Assembly: GCA_964384425.1 (NCBI GenBank)
Contig: CAYLKE010000003.1
Location: 26,147-90,146, forward strand
Direction: 5' to 3'
DNA from: an uncultured Methanosarcinales archaeon
GTDB lineage: Archaea > Nanobdellota > Nanobdellia > Woesearchaeales > JAGLXL01
DNA length: 64,000 nt
Shown: positions 53,461 through 62,895 of the stretch, one piece after another
How positions within the stretch are numbered: position 1 is the first letter of the stretch
How the letters are laid out: each line of letters starts with the position of its first letter
Program-made: the position numbers and the translations under genes
The notes under the pieces: model-generated
Seen by the model: the letters and a program-made list of their open reading frames with translations, nothing else
Told to the model about the DNA's origin: nothing
Database searches by the model: none

Positions 53461-55341
53461 TTATTTTTGCTTTAATCTTTTCTTTAAATAATCAGATAAT
53501 TTTTTATCACAGCAATAAATATAACATCCTTTTTGTCCTCTAGTCATCAATGTTCGATATGTGTTTCTAATTACTTGGTCTGCTAATTTTTTAGCCTTTT
53601 TAGGATTTTCTTTAAGCATTTTTTTTAAACCCCACAAAGATCTATCTGTTGAAGCTCTTTTTGTATGGTCTGTTACAACTTTATCATTTTCGTATCTTAA
53701 GTCTTCTCCAATTATTACACCAACATAATCAAATTCTAATCCTTGTGATGTATGAATACATCCTGCTTGTTTAACAGAATCTGGATCTATTGCCCAAGTA
53801 GAACTATTTCCTAAATTCCAACTCATTTTAAAATCATCCCCAATAACAATATCATAAATATTAGGATTATTTTTTTCTTTAGTTATCCATTTCCAACAAT
53901 AACCAGCCACAATTCTTGATTTATTATTTAATTTATTTTTCTTTTCTATTTCATTTTGCATTTCTTTAGGATTATCAAAAACTTTAATCTCATAATTCAT
54001 CTCAAATCCATCTGCATTTGCTGTTTCTCTTATTCCTAAAACATCATCTAACCAAGCTAAATAGCCATCTGATCCATTACATCTGAATTGAGAATCTAGT
54101 TTATGAAAGAATATTTTTGCATTTAATCTATTTGCAAACTTTTCTATTTCTTCTTTAGAACCAATATCAAAAATATCAACTTTTTGATCTTCATCAATAA
54201 AAAATACACTAAATTTAGAAGCATGAATTATTTCTTTTATCTGATTTTCACCTTTATTTCTAAATAATCCTGATTTTTCATTTAGTCTGTGAGCTTCATC
54301 CACAACTAATGCAGGAAAAACATTCTTTTCAGAATCATGAAATGCTCCAGAACCTCTAAATAAGTGGTTAATTTGACCATTTTTGATATTACCTTTTAAT
54401 TTTGAACAATAAACATTTCTCGGAGATGCGTTTTTTGAAATATATTGAGATGTTATGTTTTTTTCAATAAATTTAACCAATAAATTAATAGCAAGAACAG
54501 ACTTTCCTGTTCCTGGACCCCCTTCAACAACCAATACTCTTTTTTTATCATCTTTGTATGATTTAAGAGCAAGTTTCAATGCTTCTTCATATACAAGTTT
54601 TTGAGAATCAATCATAATAAATTCTTGATTTCCTTGTAGCATGCTACAAACAGAATCTTGTAATGATTTTGAAGGTTTAATTTTTCCATTATTTATTTCA
54701 TATAAATTTTGTTTTTTATCTCCAAATTTTATATGTTTTTTAATAAATTCTCTCAGTTTTAATGCATCTCCTTTCAAGTATAATGGAGCAGCATCAACAT
54801 AGTAAGAATATATATTATTATCTAATTCATCTCTAAATTCTTTTTCAAAATTATGTAAATAAGCACAAGGAAGTAATTTAATTTCACCTTTTTGAATAGT
54901 TTCATTAAAATCACTTATAAATTTAAAATAAGACCATGCTTGATAAGAAGGATGTGTTGTTTCTCTTATTCCTCCACCTAAAAATGTTTTAACAATACCA
55001 TCTTTATCTTCAACTCTTGTAGTATCTTTACCAGACCATTGTTTTAATTCAATAATTATAACATTTCCATTCTTTTTTTCATCATATCCAGAAATAATAA
55101 AATCAATTCTTTTAGATGTTAAAGGAATCTTAAATTCGATAGCAATCCCAGAATCATCAGGAATAGTATCACATGATAATACTTTATACATATAGTTTAA
55201 TGAATTTTTCCAAGATCTAACTTCAGATTCGCTTCCAACATGTAAATTATTTCTTAAGTAAGCACTTCTAATCTTATCTACTATTGTTTCATTAAAAGAA
55301 TCATTCAAAAATTCGCTTTTTGTTGCTTCATATATTAACAT
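53461..55341 (-). CDS. DUF2075-type nuclease-helicase (N-terminal PD-(D/E)xK-like + P-loop SF1-like ATPase)
   Basis: IDFIISG...IIIELKQW (D...ExK), GGPGTGKS (Walker A), VVDEAHRL (Walker B), C-terminal GLEFDYVGVIIG. Start set at MLIYEATK (55341), 1 nt after the MazG stop. Confidence 0.7.
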   Translation of the reverse strand: MLIYEATKSEFLNDSFNETIVDKIRSAYLRNNLHVGSESEVRSWKNSLNYMYKVLSCDTIPDDSGIAIEFKIPLTSKRIDFIISGYDEKKNGNVIIIELKQWSGKDTTRVEDKDGIVKTFLGGGIRETTHPSYQAWSYFKFISDFNETIQKGEIKLLPCAYLHNFEKEFRDELDNNIYSYYVDAAPLYLKGDALKLREFIKKHIKFGDKKQNLYEINNGKIKPSKSLQDSVCSMLQGNQEFIMIDSQKLVYEEALKLALKSYKDDKKRVLVVEGGPGTGKSVLAINLLVKFIEKNITSQYISKNASPRNVYCSKLKGNIKNGQINHLFRGSGAFHDSEKNVFPALVVDEAHRLNEKSGLFRNKGENQIKEIIHASKFSVFFIDEDQKVDIFDIGSKEEIEKFANRLNAKIFFHKLDSQFRCNGSDGYLAWLDDVLGIRETANADGFEMNYEIKVFDNPKEMQNEIEKKNKLNNKSRIVAGYCWKWITKEKNNPNIYDIVIGDDFKMSWNLGNSSTWAIDPDSVKQAGCIHTSQGLEFDYVGVIIGEDLRYENDKVVTDHTKRASTDRSLWGLKKMLKENPKKAKKLADQVIRNTYRTLMTRGQKGCYIYCCDKKLSDYLKKRLKQK

Positions 55342-55342
55342 T

Positions 55343-55705
55343 TTAGTATTCCGAATATTTTTTATTACATCCTTTTGCTTTTTCAACAGGATATTTTTTA
55401 TTGTTTTTTTCAATCTTATCAAATAATTCTGTAGCCAAATCGATATCATATCTTTGTGCTAATCTCAATAAGAAATAAAATACATCTGCCATTTCTTCAG
55501 TTAATTCCTTTCTTTTATTTTCATCTTTAAACATTTCTTTGATTTGTTCTTCTGATTTAAATCTAAAATGTTGTAATAATTCAGATGCTTCTGTAACAAT
55601 ACCTATAGATAATTCCTTTGCATTGTGAAATTGATCCCAATCTCTCACTTCACAGAAATCTTTTACTTTTTCTTTAAGTTGATTTATGTTAGTTTTGTAA
55701 TCCAT
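55343..55705 (-). CDS. MazG-like nucleoside triphosphate pyrophosphohydrolase
   Basis: IVTEASELLQHF and LTEEMADVFYFLLRLA (EExxE/D metal-binding helices). ~120 aa all-alpha NTP-PPase type. Confidence 0.7.
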   Translation of the reverse strand: MDYKTNINQLKEKVKDFCEVRDWDQFHNAKELSIGIVTEASELLQHFRFKSEEQIKEMFKDENKRKELTEEMADVFYFLLRLAQRYDIDLATELFDKIEKNNKKYPVEKAKGCNKKYSEY

Positions 55706-55871
55706 GAATGGAATAAGAAGGTTTTGTTTAAAAATATTGTGAAAACATAAAGCACAGTATTTAAATACTTTTTATACAATAAAAATTATACTCCTATTAG
55801 TGTAAGTTTAATTGGTGTTAATCTCAATAATTTTTTGGGCTACGAACTGTTTAAGGGGGAGAGAAAACTAA

Positions 55872-56432
55872 TTATCTTAAATCTATGATAGTACTTCCAT
55901 TAACATATTTAACTCTTTCAATAGATGTTAAATTGTTATTAGCGACAATAGTTTGATTCTTTTCATTGGTAATTTCCTTTATTCCATCTTTTTTATGTAA
56001 AATAATTGGAGATGATAATCTTGAAAAAAAATTTATCCAATCAAAATCATAAGATATTTCAATATTACAATTGTCAATAGGGGCATTTAGTGACTTAATG
56101 TTTAATAAAATATCTTCATCCATACTAAACCTGTTACATTCAAAGGTATTTATTCCTCTTTTTAAAGAACAATTCGAACTAGATTCTTCTATTTTTAAAT
56201 CATATAATCCCAAATTACATGTATCTTCAATTTTAACACTTAAACTATTTATTGTTTTAAAACCTTTATGATGTATAAAGAAAGTTATATCTAATCCCTT
56301 ATTTAAATCGTTTGTTTTATAAAATCCAATAGCATTAAGATCAAAGGCAGAGTTGACAAAAACATATGTTACTGATAACGTTATGATTGCAATAAAAATT
56401 GCTCCTAAAATTGTTGCAAAGACTTTTTTCAT
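55872..56432 (-). CDS. Membrane-anchored hypothetical protein
   Basis: N-terminal TM (VFATILGAIFIAIITLSVTYVF). Confidence 0.4.
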   Translation of the reverse strand: MKKVFATILGAIFIAIITLSVTYVFVNSAFDLNAIGFYKTNDLNKGLDITFFIHHKGFKTINSLSVKIEDTCNLGLYDLKIEESSSNCSLKRGINTFECNRFSMDEDILLNIKSLNAPIDNCNIEISYDFDWINFFSRLSSPIILHKKDGIKEITNEKNQTIVANNNLTSIERVKYVNGSTIIDLR

Positions 56433-56484
56433 TTTATCCTTATTATTGGTTAAAAGTTATAATTCTTTCTATTTTGTAATTTGT

Positions 56485-56754
56485 TTAATTGAATATTTTT
56501 CTAAAATTCTTTTTAATTTTATTTATAATTCTTTTGCCTGCCATCAAAAGAGTTAATATCTCTAGAATGATAAATACAAAAGCAAGAATTAAAAAAAATA
56601 TTGCCCAATTAGTCATATTTTTTGTTGCATTCCAAAACGCTACAAGAATCATAGCTCCAATAATATATTGGCCAGGAACACCATACATTGCAAGCAAGAT
56701 TTCTACAATGTCTTTTTTTATTTGTTTATTCATATTGATATAAATTATTATCAT
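56485..56754 (-). CDS. Small multi-TM hypothetical protein
   Basis: Two to three hydrophobic segments in 89 aa. Confidence 0.35.
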   Translation of the reverse strand: MIIIYINMNKQIKKDIVEILLAMYGVPGQYIIGAMILVAFWNATKNMTNWAIFFLILAFVFIILEILTLLMAGKRIINKIKKNFRKIFN

Positions 56755-56771
56755 AAATATAAATTTATCTT

Positions 56772-57383
56772 TTAATTTTTATAACTAATTAATTTTAATG
56801 AAATATCATTTGGGTTAATGGTATTTTTTCTTTCAATATGAAACTTAATTTTATATGGGGCAAAATTATCTCCACTAAAAATTAAAATAATGTCATATTC
56901 TCCTGGTTCAATAATAGATTTAATTCCAATACTAACATCATGGTATTTTTCTAAATGGATATCTGAATCAACATTTAATGCTAAAGCAAGATCCAAAAAT
57001 TCGGATTCCCCACGTGCAATATTCAGTCTTTCACCACTTGCTTGATTTATTATTGCTTCTGGACGACCGGCCCACCTAAGAGGAAATCCTTGATATTCGC
57101 CATATTTTTTTCCATTTTTTAGGATAATTTGGATTTGACATCGGCAATTAATTGCGGATGCTCTACCATCATTTTTTACCATAAATCTTAAATATGTTCC
57201 TTTAAAATTAGGATTGTTATTAATAATTGTATTTTCTTTTCTATATGGACTTAATTCAGAATATTTAAATTTTAATGCAGGTTTTATGAACAAAGGTAAA
57301 ATAAAGTCTTTTAATAATGTGAATAAAATTGCAATTATTGATAAGACAATTGGGATCCATATCACATATGTTGATTCAGGCAT
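56772..57383 (-). CDS. Membrane-anchored hypothetical protein
   Basis: N-terminal TM (YVIWIPIVLSIIAILFTLL) followed by a beta-rich domain. Confidence 0.4.
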   Translation of the reverse strand: MPESTYVIWIPIVLSIIAILFTLLKDFILPLFIKPALKFKYSELSPYRKENTIINNNPNFKGTYLRFMVKNDGRASAINCRCQIQIILKNGKKYGEYQGFPLRWAGRPEAIINQASGERLNIARGESEFLDLALALNVDSDIHLEKYHDVSIGIKSIIEPGEYDIILIFSGDNFAPYKIKFHIERKNTINPNDISLKLISYKN

Positions 57384-57418
57384 ATGTTCATTTTTAATTT
57401 CAAATATATAAGTATTTC

Positions 57419-57556
57419 TCGCCCCCAGTATCTTGTTCTAGAAGACTCACTTTGTTCGCACGATTGGACGCCCAAAAAATTACTTCTCACTATCGTTCGA
57501 CACTACGTGGAGATTAACAGGCCCGATGTTAATCTTAATCGAGAAAGAGGGCTAAG
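57419..57556. repeat. GC-rich structured intergenic element E1
   Basis: Core acttctcactatcgttcgac (57482..57501), hairpin gattaaca-ggcccga-tgttaatc (57512..57534), arm tcgagaaagagggc (57539..57552). Markedly GC-richer than its surroundings. Confidence 0.7.
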
Positions 57557-57569
57557 AAAATAAGTATAA

Positions 57570-58343
57570 TTAGACAACAAATGATCTCAAAAATGAACCT
57601 AAATCTTTCTTTTTAATATTCTGGTCCAAAATAGATTGACTAATAACAATTCCATATTTATTAAATAATGCCTGAAGCTTGTTAATAAAATCTCCCATTA
57701 AACAAATTTTATTAAATACTGAATCTACATTAATCCGCTTTTTTTTATAAAATATTTTTTTATTGTTGAAAGTATAATTCTCATGAGCAACACTATTTCG
57801 CAAATCCCTATTAAGAAATTTCAATAAATAATTATAAAAAAACAGATTATGTTTTTTAAATAATAATTCTACATGTTCTGCAGTCCTAATTTGCTCAATA
57901 ACTTGCTGATTATTGTTCGAAATTACATATCGTTTTCCAGATTTAATTTTTTTTGCTATTGGCTTTAAAAAATTAATTAAACAATCGAAATGACTTGCAT
58001 AAAAATGAAGAATTGTATAAATAAACGTTCCTCTTTGAATTTGGTTATTATTTACAAAATCTTTCAGTATTATCAAGTCCATAGCATAATTTTTAAGATT
58101 ATTAGTTCGTAATTGTAATTTATTCATGTCCTTAAAAAAATCTTTTACAGAATAATCAATATTTGAATCATTTATAGCATCATGATATAATAAATCGAGA
58201 TTAAATCGAGAGCTTTGTATTTTCAAATTATGAATCTTCCTAATTGAATTCGCTTTTTTTCTTGCATCTATGGATAGAGAATAATATTTTTTAAATTGTA
58301 CCAAATCCTTTTGTACATCTTGATGAAATTTGCTTACTTTCAT
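57570..58343 (-). CDS. HEPN/Abi-like protein (RNxxAH motif)
   Basis: LNRDLRNSVAHENY fits the Rx4H HEPN/Abi_2-type motif in a helical 257-aa protein. Confidence 0.45.
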   Translation of the reverse strand: MKVSKFHQDVQKDLVQFKKYYSLSIDARKKANSIRKIHNLKIQSSRFNLDLLYHDAINDSNIDYSVKDFFKDMNKLQLRTNNLKNYAMDLIILKDFVNNNQIQRGTFIYTILHFYASHFDCLINFLKPIAKKIKSGKRYVISNNNQQVIEQIRTAEHVELLFKKHNLFFYNYLLKFLNRDLRNSVAHENYTFNNKKIFYKKKRINVDSVFNKICLMGDFINKLQALFNKYGIVISQSILDQNIKKKDLGSFLRSFVV

Positions 58344-58419
58344 ATCATTATGAATATTATAAGTTATTTATATTTCTTTTGAATAATTATACTCATCTAT
58401 CTTATTCTTAATGTATCAC

Positions 58420-58570
58420 ATTCGCTCTTTTGACGAAACGCCCTCTTTCTCGACTTCTCCGTTTCACTCCGACTTTTGCTAAAGCAAAAGAAGATTAACA
58501 TGCCTGTAGTTAATTGCAATTCTAAAATTGCCTATTCTACTACGAGAAACTAACGTTTAGGGAGAGGAGA
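58420..58570. repeat. GC-rich structured intergenic element E2
   Basis: Arm gccctctttctcga (58440..58453, inverted relative to E1). Core acttctccgtttcactccgac. Three consecutive perfect hairpins: cttttgc-taaa-gcaaaag, attaac-N9-gttaat, gcaatt-ctaa-aattgc. Confidence 0.7.
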
Positions 58571-58598
58571 GAAAAAATATATAACAAAAAATATCATG

Positions 58599-60944
58599 TT
58601 ATTCGACTAAATCTAATCCTTTTCTTTTATGATCTTTTTTATTAGGTATATATTCTTCAACACTTAAAATCTTATTGAATTCAGAGATAATATTTGATTT
58701 TGTAATATAATTATCATTTTGTAAAATATTTTCAAATATAATGCTAAAATTAGAACTTCTTAATATTTTATCTCGAGATTTCTTGTCAGCAAAAATATTT
58801 CCCAAAGTTATTAATTCTTCAATATTAATACAACAAAACTTAACTTCCTTTAATCTTTTATAAAATGGGTTTAATTTCTTTTTTCTTTTTATATGAATAA
58901 ATTTATTTTTTTCAATTATTTCATCTATCTTTTGTTGTACCTTATTGAAATCATCCTTATGTGTACTTGAGGTTACAAAAAGATAGTATTTAAGATTACC
59001 CTTCTTATATCTTTTTTCTTTTTTCAATGATTCTAACACATATTGAACATCTTTAATAGCACCTTTCTTTGATTTTTTTGCGTAACTACTTAATTTAGTA
59101 TCATCATATCTTTTTGCATCCCAAAAAATATATTTTATTTCTTCTAAATTTTTTATTCCAATTATCCCATCGGGTAAATTAGGACCTCCCCATAAATCAC
59201 TTATGGGAAAAATATAATTAAATATATTTGCTGTTAATCTTTCATATTGATTACCTTTTTTCTTTTTATCTAATAAATTCTTATTTTTAGTAATCTTTCT
59301 TAATTCAGTAAGAGATTTGTCAAATGAGTTTTCTAATTGTTCAGCTAAAGATTGCGTTAAAACTTTTTCTTTGAAGAAATCATTAAATTTAGTTTCTTTA
59401 AATATTCTAAATATGAATTTTGATGCATCTTCCTGATATAAGAATTCTGGGAATTTTTTAATCTCTCCAGAAAAGTTTATACAATACAAGGGTCTGGGAT
59501 ATAATGAAAAATCTTTCAATAAATCTTTTGTTAAACCTTTCTTATTAAAAAATAAATTAATATCCTTTTCACCATCTAATGAAATCTTATGTAATTCATA
59601 TTTTTTGTTATAAAATAAAGATCTTATTTTTGAATATTTTATTTTTTCTTTAAGTAATTTCTTTTTTAATTGATTTATAATTTCATTAAAATCAAAGTTT
59701 ATATGTTGTCCTTGTACAAAAATTTTAATCTTATTATTTTTTTTACAAAATGGACACTTTTTTGTTCTGAATGCAGAATTGTGCCAACATTTCATCGAAT
59801 TGTAACATTTATATAAATTTACTTCTTTAACATCTTTTACTAGTTTTAAATTATTTAATTTTTCCATAATTTTTTCAAATATTGTTAGTTTACTTTCTTT
59901 TACAGATAAAAAACCTCGAATTATTATTTGTTGAAATAAATTTTCATGAGACATTTTTTCAGTATCAATAATAGGACTATTAATTTTAATTCCTAATTCA
60001 ACAAGATTTTTTTCTAAATCGGAATCTTTATTTTTACTTTTATTCTCTATAAGTAAACCAGAATTTGTTTGTGTAAATTTTAAATAATTAGTATGTTTTT
60101 TGTTAAATCTTATTCTCATATAATCAATATAAGACAAATCAAACTTTTCAGAATCTATAAAAATTGCATCTTTTTTATTTAATAAATTAGATACGTATTG
60201 TTTAATGTTGCCTTGATTAGATTTTATGATTATTTTTTCTCCAGATGAAATATCTGTTATATTAAAACCAATTTCTTCAATTTCAATATCTTTATAATGG
60301 GGATTTATTATCGATTGACTTAAATTTTTCCAAGACCCAATTTCAGGAATTTTTGGTTGAACTAAGGGAGCTTTAATCTCATTTTGTAACAAAGTTTCAA
60401 ATAAAAGACCTAATTTAGGAGGCATATTTTTAATTTTTAACGATTTATTAATTTTATCAAAATAGATTCCAATAATTTCCCTTATATCCTTATTGTTTGG
60501 TCTAATTCTCTTTTTATTTCCTAACCTAGCATTTTCTTGAAGGAGATATAAAATAAAAATAGAATAATCTTTTTCATAAAGAATACGATCTTCATCTAAA
60601 GAAAATCTTTCGTTTTCTCTTATTATTTTAGTCAATCTAACACAAGTAAGTCTAATTGATTTCATCAAATCTTCATCTGCGATTTTGAAATTATCTGGCA
60701 ATTTATATCTTACAACACCTATGTCTTCACTAAAACTAGTTTTAAAATGAGATAATAATATGCTCTTCTGAGAAGGATATTTTTCTACAGTTTCTATGGA
60801 ATCAATAAATTCTTTGTTTTCTTCATAGTATTTTTCTATAGTCTTTATAGTTGGTCGACTATTATAATGAATTTTTTTAAGACTTGTTAACAAACTTTTT
60901 TCTTCAGAAGAGTATTTGGATTTAAACAATATGACCATCTCCAT
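58599..60944 (-). CDS. Large protein with Zn-ribbon and C-terminal PD-(D/E)xK nuclease-like motif (candidate restriction/defence nuclease)
   Basis: CYNSMKCWHNSAFRTKKCPFCKK (Cys4 ribbon) mid-protein. C-terminal LPDGIIGIKNLEEIKYIFWDAKRY gives PD...x17...DxK. Confidence 0.45.
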   Translation of the reverse strand: MEMVILFKSKYSSEEKSLLTSLKKIHYNSRPTIKTIEKYYEENKEFIDSIETVEKYPSQKSILLSHFKTSFSEDIGVVRYKLPDNFKIADEDLMKSIRLTCVRLTKIIRENERFSLDEDRILYEKDYSIFILYLLQENARLGNKKRIRPNNKDIREIIGIYFDKINKSLKIKNMPPKLGLLFETLLQNEIKAPLVQPKIPEIGSWKNLSQSIINPHYKDIEIEEIGFNITDISSGEKIIIKSNQGNIKQYVSNLLNKKDAIFIDSEKFDLSYIDYMRIRFNKKHTNYLKFTQTNSGLLIENKSKNKDSDLEKNLVELGIKINSPIIDTEKMSHENLFQQIIIRGFLSVKESKLTIFEKIMEKLNNLKLVKDVKEVNLYKCYNSMKCWHNSAFRTKKCPFCKKNNKIKIFVQGQHINFDFNEIINQLKKKLLKEKIKYSKIRSLFYNKKYELHKISLDGEKDINLFFNKKGLTKDLLKDFSLYPRPLYCINFSGEIKKFPEFLYQEDASKFIFRIFKETKFNDFFKEKVLTQSLAEQLENSFDKSLTELRKITKNKNLLDKKKKGNQYERLTANIFNYIFPISDLWGGPNLPDGIIGIKNLEEIKYIFWDAKRYDDTKLSSYAKKSKKGAIKDVQYVLESLKKEKRYKKGNLKYYLFVTSSTHKDDFNKVQQKIDEIIEKNKFIHIKRKKKLNPFYKRLKEVKFCCINIEELITLGNIFADKKSRDKILRSSNFSIIFENILQNDNYITKSNIISEFNKILSVEEYIPNKKDHKRKGLDLVE

Positions 60945-60973
60945 TTCTTGATATTATTAAGCATATACTCATT

Positions 60974-61300
60974 TTATAATTGTCTAAATTTAAAATCAAT
61001 CTGATTTTTATATTTCTCTCTTAAATCGCTTGACGACGGTTTCATTAAACAATCATTACATGCATATTTCCAATTTTTTCCATCTTCTAATAACTCATAA
61101 CATATTGTTTCCTTACCACACATCCCACACATTTCTTTTTTTAACCTAACCAAATTATTATATCCTTTATCTAATAACCAATTCATAATTATATTCTTTG
61201 CTCTTATTGAATCTTTATTTCCTAAATATTGGGGTTTCTTAAATAATTCATATTCTCCATCATCCAATGTTAATACAATTCTTTGTGACATCAAAATCAC
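60974..61300 (-). CDS. Small RHH-like + Zn-ribbon protein
   Basis: N-terminal IVLTLDDGEYELF is a beta-strand start like RHH. CGMCGK...CNDC is a Cys4 ribbon. Lies directly upstream of the 781-aa gene. Confidence 0.4.
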   Translation of the reverse strand: MILMSQRIVLTLDDGEYELFKKPQYLGNKDSIRAKNIIMNWLLDKGYNNLVRLKKEMCGMCGKETICYELLEDGKNWKYACNDCLMKPSSSDLREKYKNQIDFKFRQL

Positions 61301-61520
61301 CTCCTGTATACTTTAATATATTAGAATATCTTTTAGTATATAAATATTGTTATTTAATTAAATCAAAAGATTTTTATAATAAGTAGAATTACTGAAATTA
61401 AACGATGGTTTTGAAATCTAAGAACATTAAAAATATTATTTTTGACAATAACTCTCGAGTATTATTTTTACCTTAGAATATATGATTAAATGAATGAGTT
61501 GTAATATTGGGAGCGATAAA

Positions 61521-61577
61521 ATGACTTATCCAGAATTGATATTAATTTTAATTCTTCTTGTATTATTGAAGAATTAA
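61521..61577 (+). CDS. 18-aa hydrophobic micro-ORF (MTYPELILILILLVLLKN)
   Basis: Hand-found. gggag lies 7 nt upstream, and the perfect hairpin aaggga-ttta-tccctt plus a T run lies immediately downstream. Confidence 0.25.
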   Translation: MTYPELILILILLVLLKN

Positions 61578-61626
61578 ATAAGGGATTTATCCCTTTTTAA
61601 AAAGATTAAATTTACTGAATAATAAA

Positions 61627-62589
61627 ATGGCAGAAAAAGTAAAAAATCATTTTATTCCTAATTTTATTATAAACAATTTTTCATTTGTTGAAAAAAATGA
61701 GGGAAAAGATGTTTGGAGAATTTCTTTTTTGATGAAACCCTGCAATTTAATTCAAAAGAATATTCTTTCTAAAACCCAATGTCAAAAAAGATATTTTTAT
61801 TCTAAAAAACATATTTCCGTATTATTAAAGGAATTTAAACACATAAAATTAAATCCTATTTTTAACAATATTAATAACACTCTTGAAGAAAATTTAGATA
61901 TTTATCTTGAAAATAAATTTGCTAGGATTTACTCTAATTTTAAAATGACTAATAATGTTATTGAATTAAATCTTGAAAACGAGTTCATTAAAGAATATTT
62001 TGTTATTCAGTATCTTAGGGCAGAGAAGTTTAAAGATTTTTTAAAAAATAACCCTTTCCACCCTAACATAAATTATGAGCAGACATTAAAAGAAAACATA
62101 CTAAAAACAACAAAAATGCCGTCAAGTAAAGTAAAAAAATTACTTAAAACTAACAAATACAAAAAATTATTATCTAAACATGCAAAAAATTGTAAAGTTA
62201 ATGTCAATAAGTATGCTGATGCTGAGGATAGACATACTCTAGAAATACTAAGCGCAAAAAATAGAGAAAGCATATTTATGGATTACGAATTAAAAAAGAA
62301 AAACATGACTATCTTATTAAATAAAACAGATACCCCTTTTGTGTTATCTGATTGGGGAATATTGATTATGAAATCTAAAAATTCAGAGAACAAAAATGAT
62401 TATGAATTCTTTTTATCTATATCTCCCACTACAAGTATTTTATTCTCAAAAAATATTAATTTAGTTGAAAAAATTTCAGAAGATTATGTAAATTCTATTA
62501 ATCAGATGTTATTTGATGAATCAAAAAAAATAATTTATTCATCAGATATTACATATTTAAAGTCATTTAAAAAGTCTCGTTCTTTTTAA
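61627..62589 (+). CDS. DUF4238-like protein
   Basis: The N-terminal NHFIPNFIINNFSF matches the H.VP..YL..F start recalled for DUF4238. Unverified. Confidence 0.35.
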   Translation: MAEKVKNHFIPNFIINNFSFVEKNEGKDVWRISFLMKPCNLIQKNILSKTQCQKRYFYSKKHISVLLKEFKHIKLNPIFNNINNTLEENLDIYLENKFARIYSNFKMTNNVIELNLENEFIKEYFVIQYLRAEKFKDFLKNNPFHPNINYEQTLKENILKTTKMPSSKVKKLLKTNKYKKLLSKHAKNCKVNVNKYADAEDRHTLEILSAKNRESIFMDYELKKKNMTILLNKTDTPFVLSDWGILIMKSKNSENKNDYEFFLSISPTTSILFSKNINLVEKISEDYVNSINQMLFDESKKIIYSSDITYLKSFKKSRSF

Positions 62590-62599
62590 AAAAGAACCA

Positions 62600-62745
62600 A
62601 AACATCTCCCTTCCAAGTATTTAGTTGCTACACAAGATATAATAAGAAGATTCACGGCAGGTTTTAGAACTTCTTCGCTTCACTCGACTTTTTTAGCGAA
62701 AAGGCAATTAACAAGATTTTAACGACTTCGTTTCACTACATTCAA
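62600..62745. repeat. GC-rich structured intergenic element E3
   Basis: Left part ctcccttccaagtatttagttgcta resembles the E1 left part ctcgcccccagtatcttgttcta. Core acttcttcgcttcactcgac (62669..62688), hairpin ctttt-ttagcg-aaaag, second core copy acttcgtttcact (62725..62737). Confidence 0.65.
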
Positions 62746-62895
62746 ATCTTTTTAATAGATTTAAGATAAAAGAGAATAAGAAATTGAAAAAATATCTGGA
62801 ATATGCTACAAAAAATAGGAACTTTTATAAATTATTTCTTGATACTTAGTACTGATCGTATGAATCTAGAAGATCTGTAAAAAAGAGGTTAAATA

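Noticed and set aside
55342-55449. 36-aa N-terminal extension of the DUF2075 ORF overlapping the MazG gene
   Set aside because: The internal Met at 55341 gives a tight non-overlapping operon junction. The extension is K/I-rich with no conserved look.
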